The notes beneath the pieces are model-generated. The model did no database searches. It saw only the letters and a program-made list of their open reading frames with translations, and had not been told where the DNA came from. Positions 59,902-64,000 of a stretch of DNA of 64,000 nucleotides are shown here, one piece after another. The position numbers and the translations under genes are program-made. Each line of letters opens with the position of its first letter. Position 1 is the first letter of the stretch. The stretch is from a virus: IMG/VR virus record IMGVR_UViG_3300023174_000053, positions 1 through 64,000 of that record; one strand, given 5' to 3'.

Positions 59902-60970
59902 AATTTTTTTCCTTTGCTAATTTAAGATCATTCTCACACATTTCTTCAACAAGTTGTTCAAATGTATATTCAGGTTTCCATTTTAGTATTTCTTTTGCTT
60001 TAGAACAATCACCAATAAGTGATTCTACTTCTGCTGGACGATAATATTCTGGATTAATTTGTACTAATGGTTTTCCTACATTTATATCTATACCAATTTC
60101 ATTTATACCTTCTCCAGACCATTCCATATCAAAACCAAAATATTTACAAGATATATTTACAAAATCCCGAACAGAGTGTTGCTGTTCCATACTTATAACA
60201 TAATCATCAGGTATATCATTCTGAAGCATCATCCACATAGAACGAACATAATCTTTAGCATGTCCCCAATCACGTTTCGCATCTAGATTGCCAAGTTCAA
60301 GAGGTGCTTTCTTTTTTCCAATTGAAATTTCTGCAAGTGCTTTGGTGATTTTACGAGTTACAAACAATTCACCTCTTCTTGGTGATTCGTGATTAAAAAG
60401 GATCCCATTACACCCAAACATATTATATGATTCTCTATAATTTTTCACAATCCAAAAACCATAAAGTTTGGATACTCCATAAGGAGAACGTGGATAAAAT
60501 GGAGTTGTTTCTTTTTGGGGTGTTTCTTGTACTTTTCCAAAAAGTTCTGAGGTTGAAGCTTGATAGAATCTTGTTTTTTCTGATAATCCAAGAATTCGAA
60601 TTGCTTCTAAAATTCTCACAACACCAACGGCATCAACATCAGTTGTATAGAGAGAATTTGTAAATGAAAATTTTACATGACTTTGTGCTGCTAAATTATA
60701 AATTTCATCTGGACGAGTTTCTTGAATAATAGAAGTAATATTAGAAAAATCCGTCAAATCTCCATAATGAAGATGAATATTTGAATTACTCAAAAGTGGC
60801 GTAATTCGTCCCGTACTATCTGAAATAGAATTACGACGAATAATACCATGCACATCATATCCTTTATTCAAAAGAAGTTCAGCAAGATAAGATCCATCTT
60901 GCCCAGTAATTCCAGTAATTAATGCTGTTTTCATAAAGTTGTAATCCAACGATTGTTTTGAAGTGTCCAT
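59885..60970 (-). CDS. gmd: GDP-mannose 4,6-dehydratase
   Basis: [44 protein letters not shown]; alternative start at 60934. Confidence 0.95.
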   Translation of the reverse strand: MDTSKQSLDYNFMKTALITGITGQDGSYLAELLLNKGYDVHGIIRRNSISDSTGRITPLLSNSNIHLHYGDLTDFSNITSIIQETRPDEIYNLAAQSHVKFSFTNSLYTTDVDAVGVVRILEAIRILGLSEKTRFYQASTSELFGKVQETPQKETTPFYPRSPYGVSKLYGFWIVKNYRESYNMFGCNGILFNHESPRRGELFVTRKITKALAEISIGKKKAPLELGNLDAKRDWGHAKDYVRSMWMMLQNDIPDDYVISMEQQHSVRDFVNISCKYFGFDMEWSGEGINEIGIDINVGKPLVQINPEYYRPAEVESLIGDCSKAKEILKWKPEYTFEQLVEEMCENDLKLAKEKNYDGIY

Positions 60971-60990
60971 TTAGTGACTATTTAGATTAG

Positions 60991-61078
60991 TACGAGTGCC
61001 TGGATTCGAACCAGGTCAAAGCCGCTAATCTGGCGGAAAGAGTTTATAAGGCTCCTCTGACTACCAAGTCTCACTCGC
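60991..61078 (-). tRNA. Non-canonical tRNA, anticodon UAU (Ile AUA by anticodon), long variable arm
   Basis: Acceptor GCGAGTG/CACTCGT-A; T-arm CCTGG-TTCGAAT-CCAGG; anticodon loop CT-TAT-AA; variable stem CCGC/GCGG. Confidence 0.75.
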
Positions 61079-61084
61079 ATAAAA

Positions 61085-61297
61085 TCAACAACCCTCTTCG
61101 TGATCCGTGTGTATTCGAATCAGGTCGTCATGTTCTTCTAAACCATCCACTATGTACTCATAATCCTTTGCTGGCATTATAACTACTTCATTTCCTTCAT
61201 CGGTGACTATAAAAGATTCTCCATTTTCTACTCTTTCTATTAGATTATCAAAGTCTTCTTGGAATTCTTCTACCGTAAACTTTTTCATTTGCTTCAT
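61085..61297 (-). CDS. Phd/YefM-like antitoxin-fold protein
   Basis: FTVEEFQ.DFD.LIERVE.GE.F.VT..G..VVIMP. Confidence 0.6.
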   Translation of the reverse strand: MKQMKKFTVEEFQEDFDNLIERVENGESFIVTDEGNEVVIMPAKDYEYIVDGLEEHDDLIRIHTDHEEGC

Positions 61298-61354
61298 TAA
61301 TATAAGATTATCATATCAGTTATTGAAAGGTCTGTCAATATAATTATAAAAAAA

Positions 61355-61510
61355 TTAAAACTTATTCAAATGGTCTTCCAATCTATGTAATAGTTTTTCC
61401 ATTTTAGGCATATCTGGAACTTCTAAATTTGACGCATAAAGATACTCATCCAATGCGATTGTAAGTAATTCAATATCACCCTTAGACAGGTTTGGGGATT
61501 CCCAACTCAT
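61355..61510 (-). CDS. Small hypothetical protein (51 aa)
   Basis: Manual translation MSWESPNLSKGDIELLTIALDEYLY...; overlaps the upstream gene's stop. Confidence 0.5.
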   Translation of the reverse strand: MSWESPNLSKGDIELLTIALDEYLYASNLEVPDMPKMEKLLHRLEDHLNKF

Positions 61511-61761
61511 TTAATTTCAAACTCCATTTTTCTAACTTTACGGTTTCTTCTTGCTTCTTGATATGCAAGATCTTCTCTTGTAAAAAGAGAAGAAGAATTA
61601 TTTTTTAAATTTGGATTTGATATTAACTCTACCAAACTTAAATCTAATGCAGTAATTTTATCATCTTTTACTGTGGTTAAATTATCACATCCACAACACT
61701 TAGTCTGTGTTTGATGAGAGTGCAACTCTTTGTTGCACATTTTACATCTGACCTTTAACAT
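61507..61761 (-). CDS. Small Cys-motif protein
   Basis: CKMC...CGC.N. Confidence 0.6.
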   Translation of the reverse strand: MLKVRCKMCNKELHSHQTQTKCCGCDNLTTVKDDKITALDLSLVELISNPNLKNNSSSLFTREDLAYQEARRNRKVRKMEFEIK

Positions 61762-61812
61762 TTTATATCATTCCTTTAAATTAGTCAAGTATTTACATTA
61801 TACCATTAATTT

Positions 61813-62256
61813 TTATTCTAGAAAAGATCTCAACATCCAATGGAATTTGCCGTGCGTTTCCATTATAGTTTGAACTAAATTTGAAGTTGCATACTGTTTT
61901 TGTTTATCTGCTTCTTCTGAAATTTCTGTAAATATTTCTACAATCTTTTTATTATCATCTCTCAACTGCCTAACCATTTCCATAGCACCAATATCTTGGG
62001 CACTATTTGATGCTTGTTCAATTTGAGTTACTTCAGTAATTCTTGTGAGAGTGCTGACTGGTTTCATTCCCAAATATCTCATATGTTCTGTGAGAGTATC
62101 AATCTCTTCAAACATTTCATTATATTGTTCACCAAAGACAGTGTGTAGTTGATGAAAGTCTGGTCCAACAACATCCCAATGATAAATCCAAGTTTTTTGA
62201 AATAAAACAAAAAGTGATGCCTGAGCATCACTCAAAGATTTAAATAAAGTTTCCAT
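61813..62256 (-). CDS. dps: Dps/ferritin-like DNA-protecting protein
   Basis: YHWDVVGPDF.QLH..F.EQY....EEID...E, WML; TATAAATA at 62271-62278. Confidence 0.88.
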   Translation of the reverse strand: METLFKSLSDAQASLFVLFQKTWIYHWDVVGPDFHQLHTVFGEQYNEMFEEIDTLTEHMRYLGMKPVSTLTRITEVTQIEQASNSAQDIGAMEMVRQLRDDNKKIVEIFTEISEEADKQKQYATSNLVQTIMETHGKFHWMLRSFLE

Positions 62257-62339
62257 TATACTTTTTGAAGTATTTATAAATGATCAAATACCAAAATCCC
62301 CCTTGTGGGGGATAAATGGTACTTATACCTTAAAGGTTA

Positions 62340-63230
62340 TCAGAACTTGATACCAAGACCAGTTGTGAACACGGGACTATAAGTTCCATTTGAACTACCA
62401 TAACTGTTACCAGCATTGGTAGTGGGGAACTTAAGATCTGCAAAACCAACCAAGGAATCAGTAATACGACCTTCAACACCCAAAGCAAGAACAACTTGAG
62501 TCTGAGAACCAACAGCAGATTGATAATTGGAAGTGGTGTTATTCACAAAAGGAGTTTGAACACCAATACCACCATAGATGTTTGCACGACTTACTTTAGT
62601 TCCATTTGCAAGATTCTTGCGTGAAATGGAATAATCATAAGTAGCAAGAGCACCACCAGCAGCACCAATCTGTCCAGCAGGGTTACCAACAAAGTTGCCA
62701 TAAGGGCGAATTGAAACTTCATTTCCCCAAGCAGTAGCAACAGGAAGACGTGCCTGAACAGTAGCACCGGAGATGGTTTGATTAGTACCATTACCACCGC
62801 CAGCAACTCCTTGCTTATTCAGCAGAACGCCAACACCTACATACTGACCAACTCCTTGTGCCTTACGAGCAGAAGCAACTTCCAGAGTCGTTACACGAGT
62901 ATTAGTGGCAGCAATTTCTTTGGAGAATTGAGCACGAAGCGCGGCAGCAAGAGCAGCATCAGCAGCAGTCTGATACTCACTAATGCGATCCAGGCAAGCA
63001 CTAGTCAGTGCAGCAAGTTGGGCACGAGTGGCAGGTTGTCCTGGTTGAAAAGTTCCATTAGGGAAACCAGCAACACATCCATAACGCGATACCAGATTTG
63101 AAACTGCCTGATAAGACCAGTCAGTAGGTTGCACATCACGCAGTTGAGAAACACTGGTGACTTGTGCCATAGCAGGAGCGGTCATTGCAGAAACAACAAC
63201 GGCACTAGCAAAAAATGATTTAAAATTCAT
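62340..63230 (-). CDS. SLH-domain outer-membrane protein (cyanobacterial porin-type N-terminus, short beta-barrel)
   Basis: Signal peptide; VTSVSQLRDVQPTDW.YQA..NLV.RYGCVAGFP.GTF; C-terminal Phe. Confidence 0.75.
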   Translation of the reverse strand: MNFKSFFASAVVVSAMTAPAMAQVTSVSQLRDVQPTDWSYQAVSNLVSRYGCVAGFPNGTFQPGQPATRAQLAALTSACLDRISEYQTAADAALAAALRAQFSKEIAATNTRVTTLEVASARKAQGVGQYVGVGVLLNKQGVAGGGNGTNQTISGATVQARLPVATAWGNEVSIRPYGNFVGNPAGQIGAAGGALATYDYSISRKNLANGTKVSRANIYGGIGVQTPFVNNTTSNYQSAVGSQTQVVLALGVEGRITDSLVGFADLKFPTTNAGNSYGSSNGTYSPVFTTGLGIKF

Positions 63231-63289
63231 AAGATTGTATTAAGATTTACAACTACGAGGATTATTTAGTATTCCCAAAAAATTGGGAA

Positions 63290-63361
63290 AGCGAAATAGG
63301 AGATTCGAACTCCTGACGTTCTGCTTGGAAGGCAGACATTCTACCGCTGAATTAATTTCGC
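63290..63361 (-). tRNA. tRNA-Gly(UCC)
   Basis: GCGAAAT/ATTTCGC acceptor; TCTGC-CT-TCC-AA-GCAGA; AGGAG-TTCGAAT-CTCCT; U73; no encoded CCA. Confidence 0.9.
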
Positions 63362-63772
63362 ATCTTTTGGGCAGTCATCAACCCAAGGAGAACACAATCT
63401 CATTTCACCTCCAAGAACTGATTGGGCATAAGACCCATCTGGTGGTTTCTCTGAGTATCGTGGTGAAGGTATTTTAACCTTTCCATCATCTCCTGTCAAG
63501 CGTTCATACTCTGCGATTGCTGCATCAACATCACGCTTGATTCTTCTATCAAGTTTTTCTGGATCTTTAATCACAAAGTCGTTGAGAATAGTTTGTGGGA
63601 AATATCTTCTTTGAACTTCGTCAAGTAAGTCCCAAATACTATCTTGCTTAATACCACTACATTGGGAAAGTGTTGCAATAATAGAACTCAATACAATTCC
63701 TATGATTGCGTACTGCTTTATATCTGGTTTTTGTTTTCCAAATTTAAACATAAGAAAGGAGAGCAGTAACAC
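63341..63772 (-). CDS. Membrane-anchored hypothetical protein
   Basis: TM segment followed by QCSG; its 3' end overlaps tRNA-Gly. Confidence 0.55.
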   Translation of the reverse strand: MLLLSFLMFKFGKQKPDIKQYAIIGIVLSSIIATLSQCSGIKQDSIWDLLDEVQRRYFPQTILNDFVIKDPEKLDRRIKRDVDAAIAEYERLTGDDGKVKIPSPRYSEKPPDGSYAQSVLGGEMRLCSPWVDDCPKDAKLIQR

Positions 63773-63784
63773 TCCCCTTATATA

Positions 63785-64000
63785 TTAGACTTCTACTTGA
63801 ACTAGTCGAGATGCATAATCATAAGCATAAGATGTGCGAGCACCATGATGCCCCCAACCAATCCAATTGTACGCATAGTCCATATAACGATTAATTGATT
63901 TACCAGGAGTTTTCATCTTCTCCTCAATTCGTTGCCATTGAACTTCATTTGTAAGATAACGAAGTTGCGTTTGAAGTGATGATGGAGAACCACCATACTT
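63785..64000 (-). CDS. C-terminus of a phage-tail-lysozyme-like/cell-wall hydrolase (runs off the window edge)
   Basis: ...PSSLQTQLRYLTNE.QW...AYNWIGWGHHGARTSYA. Confidence 0.5.
   Translation of the reverse strand, partial: KYGGSPSSLQTQLRYLTNEVQWQRIEEKMKTPGKSINRYMDYAYNWIGWGHHGARTSYAYDYASRLVQVEV

Noticed and set aside
44588-60970. Many 60-130-aa plus-strand ORFs in the glycan island
   Set aside because: They are antisense to well-supported genes, rich in Phe/Ile and low in complexity, with no recognisable motifs.
1-64000. Stop-codon reassignment
   Set aside because: Conserved genes are full length in the standard code, all three stops are used as ends, and no suppressor tRNA is present.

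Overview
A 64-kb segment of an AT-rich T4-like cyanomyovirus genome, probably from freshwater, with genes mostly on the minus strand. 1-26 kb: tail-fibre-like genes with an embedded S8 protease, baseplate/tail genes (gp5-like, gp51, gp26, gp48, a split gp53), gp4, gp2 and cp12. 26-34 kb: replication and late-transcription genes (gp32, gp59, gp33, exonuclease, phoH, thyX, glutaredoxin). This stretch also has free-standing endonucleases and a tandem glutamine-riboswitch-like RNA whose second aptamer holds a 50-codon ORF inside its stem-loop. 34-39 kb: psbD, two homing endonucleases, and an unusually divergent psbA split by a 211-nt group I intron and preceded by a structured leader. 39-44.5 kb: secreted proteins, a nuclease, lysis genes and two hli genes. 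44.6-61 kb: an 18-gene glycan island (GT25, GT4-GT6 fusion, GT11, heptose pathway, WavE, WcbI, C-methyltransferase, gmd). 61-64 kb: a non-canonical UAU-anticodon tRNA, an orphan antitoxin, dps, an SLH/beta-barrel protein and tRNA-Gly. All calls come from motif recognition by eye; no database searches were run.
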